Assembly: GCA_031835245.2 (NCBI GenBank)
Contig: JAVKOQ020000068.1
Location: 62,001-126,000, forward strand
Source: Balamuthia mandrillaris
Lineage: Eukaryota
DNA length: 64,000 bases
Direction of reading: 5' to 3'
This document shows, piece after piece, positions 34,634-46,770 of this stretch. The translations under genes were made by a program, and so were the position numbers. A model generated the notes under the pieces. That model did no database searches and was not told the origin of the DNA. It saw only the letters and a list, made by a program, of their open reading frames with translations. Position 1 is the stretch's first letter. Each line of letters opens with the position of its first letter.

Positions 34634-34848
34634 AGTTTTTTCTCTCTCCTTCTCTCCTTGCCCCTGCTCTCCTTTCTGTTTCTCTATCCTTTGTGCTCGT
34701 CATATTTTTGCTTAATCGATCTTTCTTTAAAAAAAAAGGGAACAAAGTAATGCTATTGCAATGCATGTGCATGTTTCACGTGGCCTGCATTGAAGGTTGG
34801 TTTACCAAGAAACAGAGCCGAGAGTGTCCGTTGCATGTGCAATCCTGA
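32584..34848 (+). CDS. Zinc-finger RING E3 ligase (C2H2 + UBZ + ZNRF1/2-type RING)
   Basis: CPVC...HLQTVH; CPVCNEDL...NSHVDECL; CTICFEDL-GNKVMLLQCMCMFHVACIEGWF...CPLH; two in-frame introns read through by the ORF track. Confidence 0.8.
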
Positions 34849-35441
34849 AGAAAAAAGGAGGAGAAATACAAAACATGGTTCCTCTACTTGTTCTTCTTCT
34901 TCCTTTTCTTCTTTTTTTTAATTGAAACCAACGCAAAGTGGATGATGGAAGATATCTTCCACAATATTACAAAAGAAGAGAAGGAAGAAGAAAGAAACAA
35001 TGTTTTTAAACGTGGTGTCTCCCTTTTGCTTTTGTGGATCTTTGTTGTTTGCACTACAGCTCTTCCTCTGTCCAGTGTTGTTAGTTGTGGTTGCTCTAAT
35101 CCCCTGTACTACTTACTGTATCCAAGCCAAGGGGCAGCGTTTTTACAGTAAAAAGGAGGTAAAAAGGGTTTATTTTTTTGGTACTGGACAGATTCAGGCT
35201 TCTCATCAATTCTCAAAGAGAATATCAAGTATGGTGGCAGCTGCTGATCAAGGACTTGGTTTGGGTACGGCTGTATGTCAATGTCGCGCTTTGGGCTAGG
35301 GTGGAAAAAATCCAAATTGCAGAAAGTAACATCAACGACTGTGGGCACCCACTCCAAGGTATTGCAATTCACTTGAAACCACCTAAATTCTGTTACCCTG
35401 CGTCTTAGAACAAGGCCAAAGTTTGGCCAACTTACAAAATT

Positions 35442-35489
35442 AAAACCATAAAAAACCATAAAAAACCATAAAAAACCATAAAAAACCAA
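35442..35489. repeat. 10-bp tandem repeat (AAAAAACCAT) x ~4.5
   Basis: taaaaccata aaaaaccata aaaaaccata aaaaaccata aaaaaccaa. Confidence 0.9.
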
Positions 35490-35663
35490 TACCCAACGAA
35501 GCGCAAACAGGACAGAGAGAAGAATTGAACCCTATGCATGAAACGTTGCTCAGCTTTCTCTCTTCTTTTCTGTTTTTCTGAACCTTTTTCAAATAAAAAA
35601 AGCAAAACATAAAGCACCGTTTCTTTGTACAAAAGAAGAGACAAACAGAGAAAGCATCACTGA

Positions 35664-35816
35664 TCAGAAAAAAACGAGTTGGTCGGACAGGACCTCTATT
35701 GCAGCTTCCACCATCTGTGCCGTTCGTCGCATTTGAAATGTGGCTTCCTCCATATCCCCCTGTCTCAACGGATCCACAATCGTGGGCAACCCTTGTCCTG
35801 GAATTTAAAGTTAAGC

Positions 35817-35852
<36 letters not shown>

Positions 35853-38800
35853 AGCGAGAAGAGGAGGGCATGAGCTAGAGAAAGAGAGCAGAGAGAAAAA
35901 GAGAAAAAAACAAGGAGAAAGAAAACAGAGAGAGAGAGAGAGAGAGAACGAAGGGGAAAAACCTGAATAACTATCTCCCATAGAAGGAGCAAATAGGACG
36001 TGCCGCAGTCCCAACCTGCCCAAAGTACCTTGTGGGTTGATGAACGCCCTCTCCGCCATAATCAACCGATCGTTCAACCTTCTTCTCTCCATCTCTTGTT
36101 TCACAGCCGCTTCCACAGGCGTTTGTTGTAGTCTCAACTTTGCTTCTTGCTGTTGCTGCAAAGCAGCAGCGGTTGAAAGTTTATCTATCTCCTCTTGCAC
36201 TCCTTCAGCTGTCTTATAGAACCGCTTTGCCGTCTCATTCAGATAACGATAAGCGTCCTTCATATCTTTGGTTGCTTCTGAAGGTAAAGGCGAAAGAGAG
36301 GAGATCATTTCGACAAGTTGATCCGCATAATTGAGATAACTGAACGGAAGAACGGGCTCGGTGCTGAGACGAAGGGCTAGAAGAGCCCACACCTGCCCAA
36401 TCGCCTTCTGGCGGGTGTAGTTGGGGTCGTTCCAGTGGTCTGACCAGTAGAGGCTGTCGTAGTTGGAGTGATAGACGGCTTGGTAGCTGTCTTCATCATT
36501 GCGGAACGTGAAGTCCACGCTTGGAATTCCTAAATACTGTTTATAACGATGGAAGTAAGGATAAAGAATGAAGGAAGAGGAAGCAAGGGAGGAAAAACTG
36601 AAATGACAGATAACAGAGAAACAAACAATCAAGGACAAGAGGAAGCCACAAGTACATGAAGAAAGCCGGTATGGTCAGAGCCAGAGCCTAGAGCGAGGAG
36701 ATTTGGTTTTGGTGTCCACAGCTGCTTGACAGTGACCTGCTTAACTTCATCGTCGTCATCTTCATCTTCTTCAGCGTCTCTTTTGGCACTTGGGAGCTTC
36801 ACTGTTTCTGGCAGAGATACTTTCTCCGTGATAGCGCGCATCAGCTCTTCCAGGTTTCTCGTGCCAGAAGCTCTTCATTATCAGTAATTAGCAAAAATAA
36901 TGAGTAAGAGAGGGGGGAGGGGAGAGAGAGAGTACTCAAAAACAGAAGTTCCACCAGAAGCCACATCCACGTTCAGATATGCCACAACCTGCTCTCTCAA
37001 CTTTTCCTCATGCCGCTCCACAAACTCCATGCTTCCCACTAACCCATACTCCTCCGCATCCCAACTCGCCAACACTATGTTTCTTCTCGGCTTCCATCCT
37101 TCCTTCATGGCATTTCCAAAAGCACGAGCCACTTCCAACAAAACGGCGGATCCCATCGATGGATCGGCGGCACCAAAGCCCCATGCGTCTCGATGGTTGC
37201 CGAGAATGATGGTGCGGTCCTTCTCGAGGGAACCTGGAATGCGGCCAATTACGTTCCAGATGTTGGTTACCGTGAAGTTAAAGTCCAACTTGATGCGTAC
37301 TTCTACTGGTCCTGTTTAATTGGTGTTATTAAGAGATGTGCAGAAGAGAAGACAAGAAGAAAACAGAAAGTATAAAGAAAGCAGACAGAAGCAAGAGATA
37401 GCGAAAAAAAAAAGATACCAGGTCCTAAATTATAAGGCACATCCAGTCCGCCCTTCCAATCCTCCAAATCCTTCGGCAGCTCCATTCCCCCCAAGCCCTT
37501 CAGCAAGGGCAAGGCATCTTCATAAGATAGAGGTTGCACCGGAATTTTAGGCAATGGATCGAATCCTTTCAACCGATCAGTCTTTCCTTCTCCTTGTCCT
37601 CTCGCCTCTTTCTCTGTTAAACGAGGACCGTTCAACGTGGAAGGCCAACCAGGCGTCGACGGATCTCCGTTGCCCAACCAAACCGTTCCTCGTTGAACTC
37701 CTGTAGGAGGTCTCCAAGGTCCGTTCGGATAGACCTCTCCTCGGACAAAGCCATCGTCCTGAGGGTCAGAGTAGATGAGACAGCCGATGGCGCCTCTGTC
37801 CTCGGCGTTCTTGGCTTTGTTGCCACGAAAGATTTTGCCGTAACGAACCAAGACAATCTTGTTGCGAAAGAGGTTTTCGTCATGTGTGAGGTTGACCAAA
37901 CGTTCAAAGTCCTCAGAGCGACCGTAGTTGACGTAGATGAGTTCGCCGGTGACGTCACCGGAGGCCGAGTAGCCATTGAAGGTTGGAAGAGCGTTGGCGA
38001 GAGAGCTGGTTGGATCTTCGTCAACAACCTGAGTCGTGTTTGTTAGTAAAATAGCAGGACCATAGAATAGCAAACGAAGAAAAGGGAGCGCAGAGAGAAA
38101 GACAAATAAGAAAACGACAAAGAGACATACAGCTTCTTTGAGAGAGGCGTTAAAGGCCTGATTCTCAGGGGAGACAATGGAGACCATCCTCTGAAGAGGC
38201 ATATTTAGCAGTACTGGAATGGCTTCTATCTCCACGATTGGTATTCCTGCCGCTTCCATTCTGAAACAAGAACGAGTGAGCCTAAAGACAAAGAAAAACA
38301 AAAGCAAAGAATAGAGAATAGAGAAAAAAAAAGAAGATTGAAGATTGAAGAGCAGAGCAGAGTGGAAGTGACGAAAAGGGAAAAAGCGTTACTCTTGTTT
38401 CGTATAGAGAGCTTGTTGATAGTCATCTGCAGAGCCAGCAACATGATTCATGGAAGTGTAGTATTCAAGGTGGTGGCGTATCTTCTTCGCATTGATCGAC
38501 GCCAACAGCGTCTGCTCTGCTTTGGCCAGGCTACCATGTTGTCCCGTTGCTTGTTGCATTATTTTTTAAAAAAAAAATAAGAAAGAAAAGCAAAAAAGAA
38601 AACAAAAAATAGAAAAAAAAATAGAAGAAGCAGAAAAAAGAAAGGAAAGAGAGAAAGAGAAACAACGAAAGAGAAAGAGAAAGAGAAACAACGAAAGAGA
38701 AGAGAGAGAAGAAAAGAGCAGTGACAAAAATAAAAGAAAAAATGTAAAAGAAAACATCAAAAAAAAAGTACAAACATGAACCACTGTGCTCAGCAGCAAA

Positions 38801-39096
38801 GATGGTAATGGTGATAACGGCTACGATGAGCAGGAAGCAAGCAAAGCCCGCGATCCAGAGCTTGTGCTTGGTTTGCAAGCTCCTCAAGCGTTGCAGGGCA
38901 CCCCTTCTGGGATAGTAGCGTCTGCCAGTGCTGTACTTTTGTTCATCAAAAGTGTAATACGCTGTTTGTTTTGTAGTTGGATTCCATTTGTTTTTTCGTT
39001 AAAACTTTTAGGCCACGAACATACGCAGAGAAGAAGAAAAAAAGAGAAGAGAGACACACCCTCATCGTCGAGATCAGAGAGCTCAAGCTCGTTCAT
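35664..39096 (-). CDS. M28B peptidase, glutamate carboxypeptidase II/NAALADase-like type II membrane protein, multi-exon
   Basis: N-terminal TM; PA domain (IYVNYG, RYGKIFRGNK, YSDPQD, VQRGTV); zinc ligands GNHRDAW, AADP, WDAEEYG, YLNVD, YHSNYD; TfR-type dimerisation LNDRLIMAERAF. Confidence 0.93.
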
Positions 39097-39326
39097 GGTT
39101 GTGACTTGCGAGATCAGTTTTTTTTGTTTTCTTCTTATGTCGACAAGAAACATGCGTCGACAAATTCTGTTGGAATGTTTGGAACGCACATGCTTACTAA
39201 AGAATGAAAAGAATTCATGGTGCAGCGGAGCAGCTGAAAATGACATGGAATGCTGCACCCTTGATTGTCAATTATTTCGCTAAAAAAAAACAACAAAGAA
39301 TCACATCACATCTCAAGAAACAAAGG

Positions 39327-39961
39327 ATGGTACGCTCCGTTGTTCGCATGTTCTGCTTTGTATCCTTCTTTTTCTCATGCTGCTGTTTATTATTTTTAAA
39401 AAAAAGGGTGGCAAAGAATCGAAATTGCGAGAATTGTTGAAAGATCCACACAACGAAACGATGATACAAGAGATCTACCAAAGGTACGACGCAGACTCGA
39501 ACGGGGTGCTCGACCGAAAGGAGATGAGAAACTTTGCGCAGGACCTCATCAAAGTGGTCGCTCAACAACACGGTCAGAAAGTGGCAGAGTTTTGTCCTGA
39601 CTTTGATGGCTTCTTCAACCGGCAAATGCTCATCTTAGACAAGGTACGGCAACTGCTTCTCGTTCTTCTTCTTTACATTCATCTTCTTACTTGTTTCTTC
39701 TTCTCTATTCTTTGTTGCTGTTCTTCTTCTTTGTTGTTCTTATTCGTCATTCTTCTTGTTCTTCTTCTTCTTCTTCTTCTTCTTCTTCTTCTTCTTCTTC
39801 TTCTTCTTCTTTTTCATCGTCTCTTCTTCTTATTTCCACTTTTCTTCTTGTTGCTTGTTTTATAACCTCATCCTCTCCCTCTCGTTACCAAGGATCGTGA
39901 CGGAAAGATTAGCTTCTCCGAGTTTAAGCAATTTGTCGAGTCGGACAGCTTTCCCGTGTAA
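39327..39961 (+). CDS. Small two-EF-hand calcium-binding protein, predicted N-myristoylated
   Basis: ATG-only first coding exon spliced to GGKESK; EF loops DADSNGVLDRKE and DK|DRDGKISFSE. Confidence 0.85.
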
Positions 39962-40269
39962 CCAAAACAAAAAAATGGTGATGTGTACTTTGCTAGAACG
40001 CTTTTCTCTATCTTCTTCTCTCGTTCTTCTCTTTGGAGTGGTTTCACCAAGGGCAACGTTGAGGAAAAGCTTTTGTGGAATGCTACTAAAAAACAAAAGC
40101 TGAGCTGTGGATTGTTTGTTGTGAAGACATTTAAAGAGCAGAAGGAGAAGAGCAAGAAGAAGAATAGGAAGAACAAGAAGAAGGATTTTAAAAAAAGGAT
40201 GTCAAGGTCTGTTTGCGGAGACCTTCAATGAGGAGGACGGTAGCAATGGTAGCGGTGGTTCAGTGGAAG

Positions 40270-40588
40270 GGACGTTTTGCTTGCTGAGCTTGTGTGCCGT
40301 ATCCTTCACCGGTCACAGTGCAATGGGCGTACACCAACGGCTATCCTTGGAGGCAAATCATTCGACTTTTGGGCCTGTGTGCAGGGCCGCTGGACATGGC
40401 CGGTTGGAGGTGTTGCAATGGACGAGCCAGAACGGCTGCCCTTTGGGATGACCGAACCTGTTCTTCTGATGCAGCGGCCTGGCGGTACTGCAATGGGCCA
40501 GAGAGAAGGGCTGCTCTTGAAACACAAGAGGGTTTGTTTACGTGCTGCTGAGAACGGGGATTCGGAGATGTTGCAATGGGCTGTATAG
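40270..40588 (+). pseudogene. Degenerate GCPW ankyrin-repeat relic
   Basis: Fragments in three frames: VQWAYTNGYPW, AAGHGRLEVLQWTSQNGCP, LQWAREKGC, RAAENGDSEMLQWAV; frameshifts and stops. Confidence 0.8.
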
Positions 40589-40634
40589 CTAAAAACAAGG
40601 ACAAGAACATAAAGCAAATAAAACAGCTAAGGTT

Positions 40635-42048
40635 TCATGATTGTTTCTCGTCTTCAGCGTCCAACAAGCTATCAATATCGGGAGTGCAGATCAGCCGTTG
40701 GTCGCAGCTCCCCAGAGTGCAAAACTTTTTCTGTTCAGCTGAAATAACTGCTATCTCTTGTTTGAACCCAATCTGTGCGCCTGCCGTTACCTTTCGTGTT
40801 TGATTGTTCGGTACATTTGTTTGGTGAGTTCAAAAACCGAAAAGGAAAGAAGCAGCGAAACTTACATCCAACAAAATGTCTCCTAGTTGCATCTTAATCT
40901 TTCCGCTCTTATAAATAAGGAGCTTGCCCATGCATCCCTCCTCCACCTTCTCCATGTTTGACTCGAAGATCTCTTCCTCAAGGCCGCTTATGTTGGACAA
41001 CTTTGCTGCTTGTTTCTTTTTCTTCTTTTTCTTTGTTGTGCTGTCTCCTCCTTCTTGTTCTTCGTCTTCTTCGTCGTCATCATCGTTTCCTTCTAGCATG
41101 TGAGAGGTAGGTAGATGAGAAGGGAGTTGCATGAAGAACAATTGGTCTTCCTATTTTTGCGTTTTGTTTGCATTAGTGATGATAACAGCAAAGCAGAAAA
41201 AGAAAAGAATATAGGGATAGGATGGAACCTCCGCGTTGAGAAAAGTAGAAACCAGTGCGTGTTCCGCCTCTTGTTCTTCCCGTTTGACTTGGGAAGCACC
41301 GCCGCTCCACGCATCTTCTTCCTTCCGTTGCTTGTCTTTCTTTTTTTGTTCTTCATCCTCCATCTTTACAACAGGTACGTCTCCCATCATATCCATACCT
41401 CGAAGATGATCAAGCAACATAGCTTCTTCGTCATCACCTTCCTTCTTTTCTGGCTTTACGAGCCGCTTTGCAGGATGCACGAATGGCACTGACATTGGTC
41501 GATACTTGTTGAGAGGATCGATATCCTCCATTCGTGTAACCGTTTTTCTCCCTGTCTTTCCTGTTTATTATGTTTATTTTAACTTTGCGAAGAAAAAGAA
41601 GGGAAAGAAGAGAGCGGAAGCAGCAAGAAGCATGAAGCAGGGACTAGAACAAGAAACGTACGAAAACCACCAATGGAAGCAAAGCCACCGCTGTGGGAAC
41701 TGGAAGACTGAGAGGGAGGGCCATGCATGAAGGGTCCACCGCCAGCTGTGGAGGTGGAAGTTGTGTTAAAAGTGCGTGGCTTTCGCTGCGGAAGGAAGCC
41801 TCTTGTTCGTTGTTTGCCCCTTGGTGCTTCCGTTTTCACATTCTGAGAATGGAACCATTTGTTCGGTTATTTTAGGTGCCCGTTAACATGCAGAAACACA
41901 GAAGCAGAGAAATAGGAGTAGAGAGAAGAAGAGAAGAGAGTACGAAAGAGAAAAGAAAAGAGAGAGGATCATGAAGAAGAGGCAGAAGAAGAAGCGAAGA
42001 AGCACAAAAGCAGAAGAGAAGACAGTGAAATAGAATAGAGACGAGAGA

Positions 42049-42088
<40 letters not shown>

Positions 42089-42561
42089 AAATGAAGAACA
42101 GAGCATTGAAGAAGCAGAAGAAAGAAGAGAAGAAGAGACCTGCAAAACTTTGGGTAGGGTACCGGGGTCAGCTTCCTCCAATCTGAAAGATTAAAAAATG
42201 AGTGAGAAAGCAGCAGTTGAGGTTGTTACCATGTAAAAAAAAAAAAGAAAGAAAATCTATACTCTTTCTTCCTTCTTGGAGCGTTGACCTTTGGCGTAAA
42301 GCTTTTCTTCTTCACACCGCCTCTTGACACAGCGGTAGGGCTGCCGCTGGCAGCAGAAGCCGAGGCGACGCTGGTCGGTGCTGCCGCCCCTCCCGTCACT
42401 GGAGTGCTGCGCAGGGACGAGAGTCTGGCTTGCCCTCCTCCTCCAGCCGCTGCTGCGGAGGTACTGGCAGCAGAGGGGGCGATGTTGCCGATGCGCCTCG
42501 CCCCACCTCTACCGCCACGAGCCGAGGGGCTCGGTTGCGTGTTGTTGTGGTTGTTGGACAT
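40635..42561 (-). CDS. POLR3D: RNA polymerase III subunit RPC4 (Rpc53), multi-exon
   Basis: RLSSLR; KKKSFTPKVNAPRRK; FFMQLPSHLP; EGCMGKLLIYKSGKIKMQLGDILLDV; RLICTPDIDSLL. Confidence 0.9.
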
Positions 42562-42867
42562 GGCGTTCTTGATCCCCTTGGCCCTTCTGTTGTTCCCCTC
42601 TTATCCGTGTCGTCTCGGTAGGTGCGCACCGTGTCGTCGCGAAAATCACCAACACTGCACAAAAACAGCACATCAGCTACAGGTTTCCCTCGGGACATTT
42701 CAGAAATCCTCCGTGTGGCGGATCTGAAAACTTGATAACGTCATCTACCAATGGTTTTCTCTCGGGACATTTCCACTCATTTTTCGCGCCTCACTATTAA
42801 AAACAGCTGGCAAACTTTTCTTTTCTCATTCCACACAAACAACACTACACTTACACACACCAACACA

Positions 42868-43588
42868 ATGTCCGTCGAAAAGCCTACTCTCACTTACTTC
42901 AACACCCCCGGCCGCGCTGAGGTCGCTCGCTTGCTCCTCGAGCTGGCTGGAGCGGACTACGAGTGGGTTGGCTTCGCCTACAAGGGCTCCGCCGGTGGCA
43001 ACTGGGCAGAGTACAAGAGCGCTCACGCAGAGGAGCTGGCCTTTGGTCAGGTGCCCAGGTACCAAGAACCCGATGGCCTCGACCTTGTCCAAAGCAGCGC
43101 CATCGCTCGCTATCTTGCCAAGAAACACGGTTTCAATGGTAACTATCAGTTATTTTCGTGTCCTTCTCTTCTCCGTCGACTTCGTCAAACTCACCACTCC
43201 CAAATAAAAAGGCGCAAACGAAACGGAAGCTGCTCTGATCGATCAGTTCAGCGAGGGAGTGGTGGACTTTGGCTCTGTCAGCATCAGCGTGGTCTTTGCT
43301 CCCGAGGGCTCCAAAGCCCAGCTCCTCGTCAAGTTGCTCTCCGAAGATCTGCCCAAGTGGTTGGGCTACTTTGAGCGCGCCTTGGCCAAGAGTGGCACTG
43401 GCTACTTCGTCGGCGACAAGGTCTCCTATGCTGACCTTCAGCTCTTCATCGCGTTGAACTTGGTGTTCACGCTGGAGGGCACCCGCGAGATCTTTGAGGG
43501 CTTCCCCCATGTGAAGGCTGCCCACGAGAAGGTGGCCAACTTGCCCAAGATCAAAGCGTTCTATGACTCCAAGCCCTATGGCAACTAA
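42868..43588 (+). CDS. Cytosolic glutathione S-transferase (sigma/pi-like, Tyr-type), 2 exons
   Basis: LTYFNTPGRAEVARLLL; FGQVP; LVQSSAIARYLA; YFVGDKVSYADL. Confidence 0.93.
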
Positions 43589-43838
43589 ACTAAACCAATG
43601 CATATAGAAAAACAAAAAAGAAAAATTAAAAAAACTTTAGTGTACGCTTTGCCTGTTGGCTTGTGTAATGCCTACTATAGAGGACGGAAAAGAACAGCGA
43701 AAAGAAAACGAAGCACAATCGAAGCGAAGCCATGAGAGAAGGAAGAACAACGAGAAAGAACGAAAGCAGAACCGGTGATGCTTTTCGGGACGACGCGAAA
43801 AAATGTCACCACGAAAAAACAATTAAAAAAAGAAAAAG

Positions 43839-44260
43839 ATGCACGCCTACGCCAAACTCATTCTGAGTTTGTTGATCGATGCGGTGGGCGTGATAACGTA
43901 CCTGATTCCAGGGTTGGGAGAGGTGGCGGACGCGGCGTGGGCGCCCATTAGCGCGTTCTTGTTGTGGTACTTGTACGGAAGCCTCGCCGTGGCTGCCCTT
44001 GGCTTCGTGGAGGAAGCGATCCCGGGCACGGACTTTGTGCCCACCGCCACACTCGGTACTTGTCACGTACCTCCTTTTTCTTTTGCTTTACTTCAGGCCC
44101 ACACAAAACTCTTAACTAACTTTTTCCTGCCAACTTTGGGATGGCCTTCCCCACACACTACAACAAAGCATGGTTGAACGAACGGTACGGTTGGTTCGGC
44201 TCAAGCAGCACAAGGCAACAACAACAAGGAGGTTGGAGAAGAGCAGCCCCACGCACGTAG
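43839..44260 (+). CDS. Small membrane protein of unknown function; 3' exon junction appears damaged
   Basis: IDAVGVITYLIPGLGEVADAAWAPISA...GFVEEAIPGTDFVPTATL; plausible tail HYNKAWLNERYGWFG...PRT* needs a repaired acceptor/frame near 44140. Confidence 0.65.
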
Positions 44261-44424
44261 CTAACGCTTTTGTAAAACCACGCCTCCACAAGAATGTACA
44301 GAGATTTGTTCCCACCACTCTTTCTTTTCTCTATTTTGTGCGAGGAGGGTAGAGAGCGCCAACCGCCGTGGTACGCTCTACCGATACTTTGGCTATTCAA
44401 ATTTTCTTTATAATTGCAACAACT

Positions 44425-44496
44425 TCCCCTGTGGTGTAGTCGGCAGCACTTCCGCCTGTCACGCGGACAACCCGGGTTCGATTCCCGGCGGGGGAG
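44425..44496 (+). tRNA. tRNA-Asp (GTC)
   Basis: Acceptor TCCCCTG/CGGGGGA + G discriminator; anticodon arm TCCGC-CT-GTC-AC-GCGGA; T arm CCGGG-TTCGATT-CCCGG; followed by TTCTTTTT. Confidence 0.96.
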
Positions 44497-44609
44497 TTCT
44501 TTTTGCTATTTTCCTCACACGGAACGTTCCGTTTCTTTTTTTTAACCCCCGCGGAGAAATTTTGTCTCTTCTTTTGTTACACAGCAGGCAAAAAACGGAA
44601 GAGAGTAAG

Positions 44610-45432
44610 ATGGCACAACCAGGGACCAAACATGTGGTGGAAATCTTTTTTGACTTGGTGAGTCCCTACTCTTACTTGGCGTTCGAGGTGTTGCACCGGT
44701 ACAAGGAGGCATGGAACCTGCACATCGTCTACCGCCCTTTCTTCCTGGGTGGTGTCATGGCCAGCACCGGCAACTCTCCTCCGGCCTACCTTCCTGCTAG
44801 GGCTCGTTTCATGAACCGCGACATCACAAGAAACGCCCAGTACTTTGGCGTGGCCTTGCGGCAGCCCTCTTACTTCCCGGCCAACACTTTGTTGGCCCAA
44901 CGTCTGCTAACTGCTCTGCTGCTGCGTGGGAAGAGAGAGGACGAAGACTTGGTTAGACGGCTCTCCTTGACCTTGTGGCGTTATTACTGGGCAGAGGACA
45001 AGAACATCGAGCAGAAGGAGGTGATAGTGGAGGCCTTGAGGGAGTGTGGGGTCAGCTGGGAAGAGGTGGAGCAACTGCTGTCGACAGAGGTTCAGCGGGA
45101 GGAAGTCAAGCAGAAGTTGAAGCAGACAACGGCTGAGGCTGTGGAGAGGGGTTCGTTCGGAGCGCCCACCATGTTCGTGTTTAAGGACGTGCCAGTGGAG
45201 CAACTGCAGGGTGGATGGACAGCAGAAGGAACGCGGGACAAGGGAGAAATGTTCTTTGGCTCCGACAGATTCCATCACATTGCCCAGCTGGTACGTAATT
45301 TTCGTTTTTGTTGTTGTGAAACAAAGTTCCTTCTGCACTTGGTCTTTTTCTCACACGTCTGCATGCACCTCATACCAGCTTGGCAAACAGTTTGACGGTC
45401 CTTCACCCAGAGAAGCTTCCCACAAGTTGTGA
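44610..45432 (+). CDS. GSTK1: Glutathione S-transferase kappa (DsbA/HCCA isomerase fold), 2 exons
   Basis: FFDLVSPYSYLAF; RPFFLGGVM..TGNSPP; GSFGAPTMFV; MFFGSDRF; C-terminal SHKL. Confidence 0.92.
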
Positions 45433-45643
45433 AAAACAACAAGACCGCCGCCCGTGGCCAAGGTGCTGTTCTCACTACGCTTTCTTCTTCTTTCTCCGGC
45501 GTGACGTCACTTTTCCCTTATTTATAATACAATGACGTGTCTGTATTGAGTCGACAGAAACGAGTCTGTCGACACTAAATCCACCACCACAAAAAAAAAA
45601 GATCAGAAGAGACGAGACGAGACGAGAAGAGAAGGGAAGAGAA

Positions 45644-46770
45644 ATGTCGACGGCGTGGCACAAGAAACCCGTGTTGGGGAGCGTGAGCAGGGTGGTGCAA
45701 CGACCCGGCGCCGGCAAGCGAGGCCGCAACCTCTTTGAGCTCGCTTTTCTCTTCAAAAATTACGGCGTGGGACTCCGCTTCACCCGTAAATCTTGGCAGT
45801 ACGAAGAGCCGTGCTACTGGACCATCTCCAAGTTTCAGCCACGAAGAAGCAAGGTTCCTTTTTTTTTTATTATTATTATTATTATTCCTATCCTTTTCTT
45901 TTTTGATGTGTGCGTGAGCGTGTTACTAATCCTGTGTTTTTTAAAACGCACATTATTTTGTGTTATTTTTTTTTAAATGTTATTTGAACAATACGATCAC
46001 AGAATGCGGGATTGCAAAGGGGCAAAGCGTGGGGAGTGTTGACATGGCGCGGAAAGACGGAGGAGAGGGTCAGGAAGATACCATCCCCCCTCAAGCGTGA
46101 GTGGCGTTTCATTCCGGAGGGAGCCCAGCCTCCTACCTACGTTGGTTCGTTTATTTGTTTTTTTTAAAGCACTTTGTTGTTTGTTCTCTTCCTCTTAGCA
46201 TTCTCTCTTTCTCTTCTTTCTCCTCGTCCTATCTCCTCTTCTTTTCTTCTTCGCTTCTCTCTTCATTTTCTCTTCTCCCATCTCTCTCCTCTCTCCTCTC
46301 TTATCTCTCCTTTCTCTTCTTTCTTCCCTCGCCTCTTCGTCCGTCTTCTTTTCTTCTTCGCTCCTCTCTCCATTTTCTCTTCTCATACTCTCATACTCTC
46401 GCTTCTTCTTTTCTCCTCTGTTAATAACAAACAACAACCCACAGTGCCCAAGATCGATGTGTTGCTGCCCATGAGACCTGGCATCTACGAGGTGCTGACC
46501 CCCGAAGGCCCCATCCGACCGGAGGACCGGGAGGTGCAGGCCAAGGTGGCGGACGAGACGCTCGAGGAACTGGCCGAGATCAAGAGGTTGGTGGCCGAAG
46601 GCAAGGCCGCCACTCAACCCCCTCAAGAGAGGTTGGAGATGGTCTCTCGCTTGCAGGCAGAGAAGGATCTGGCGGAGGGCAAAGAAGTGGCAGACGAGGA
46701 TTTGGAGGAGGAGGAGGAGGAGAAGGAAGAGCAAGAAGAAGCACCCCAGAAAGAAAGAGAAGCAAAGTGA
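45644..46770 (+). CDS. MRPS34: Mitochondrial ribosomal protein mS34-like, multi-exon
   Basis: NLFEL...NYGVGLRFTRKSW...CYWTISK; GKAWGVLTWRG; KREWRF. Confidence 0.82.

Noticed and set aside
35442..35489. Interstitial telomere repeat
   Set aside because: The unit ATGGTTTTTT does not match TTAGGG-type repeats and is under five copies.
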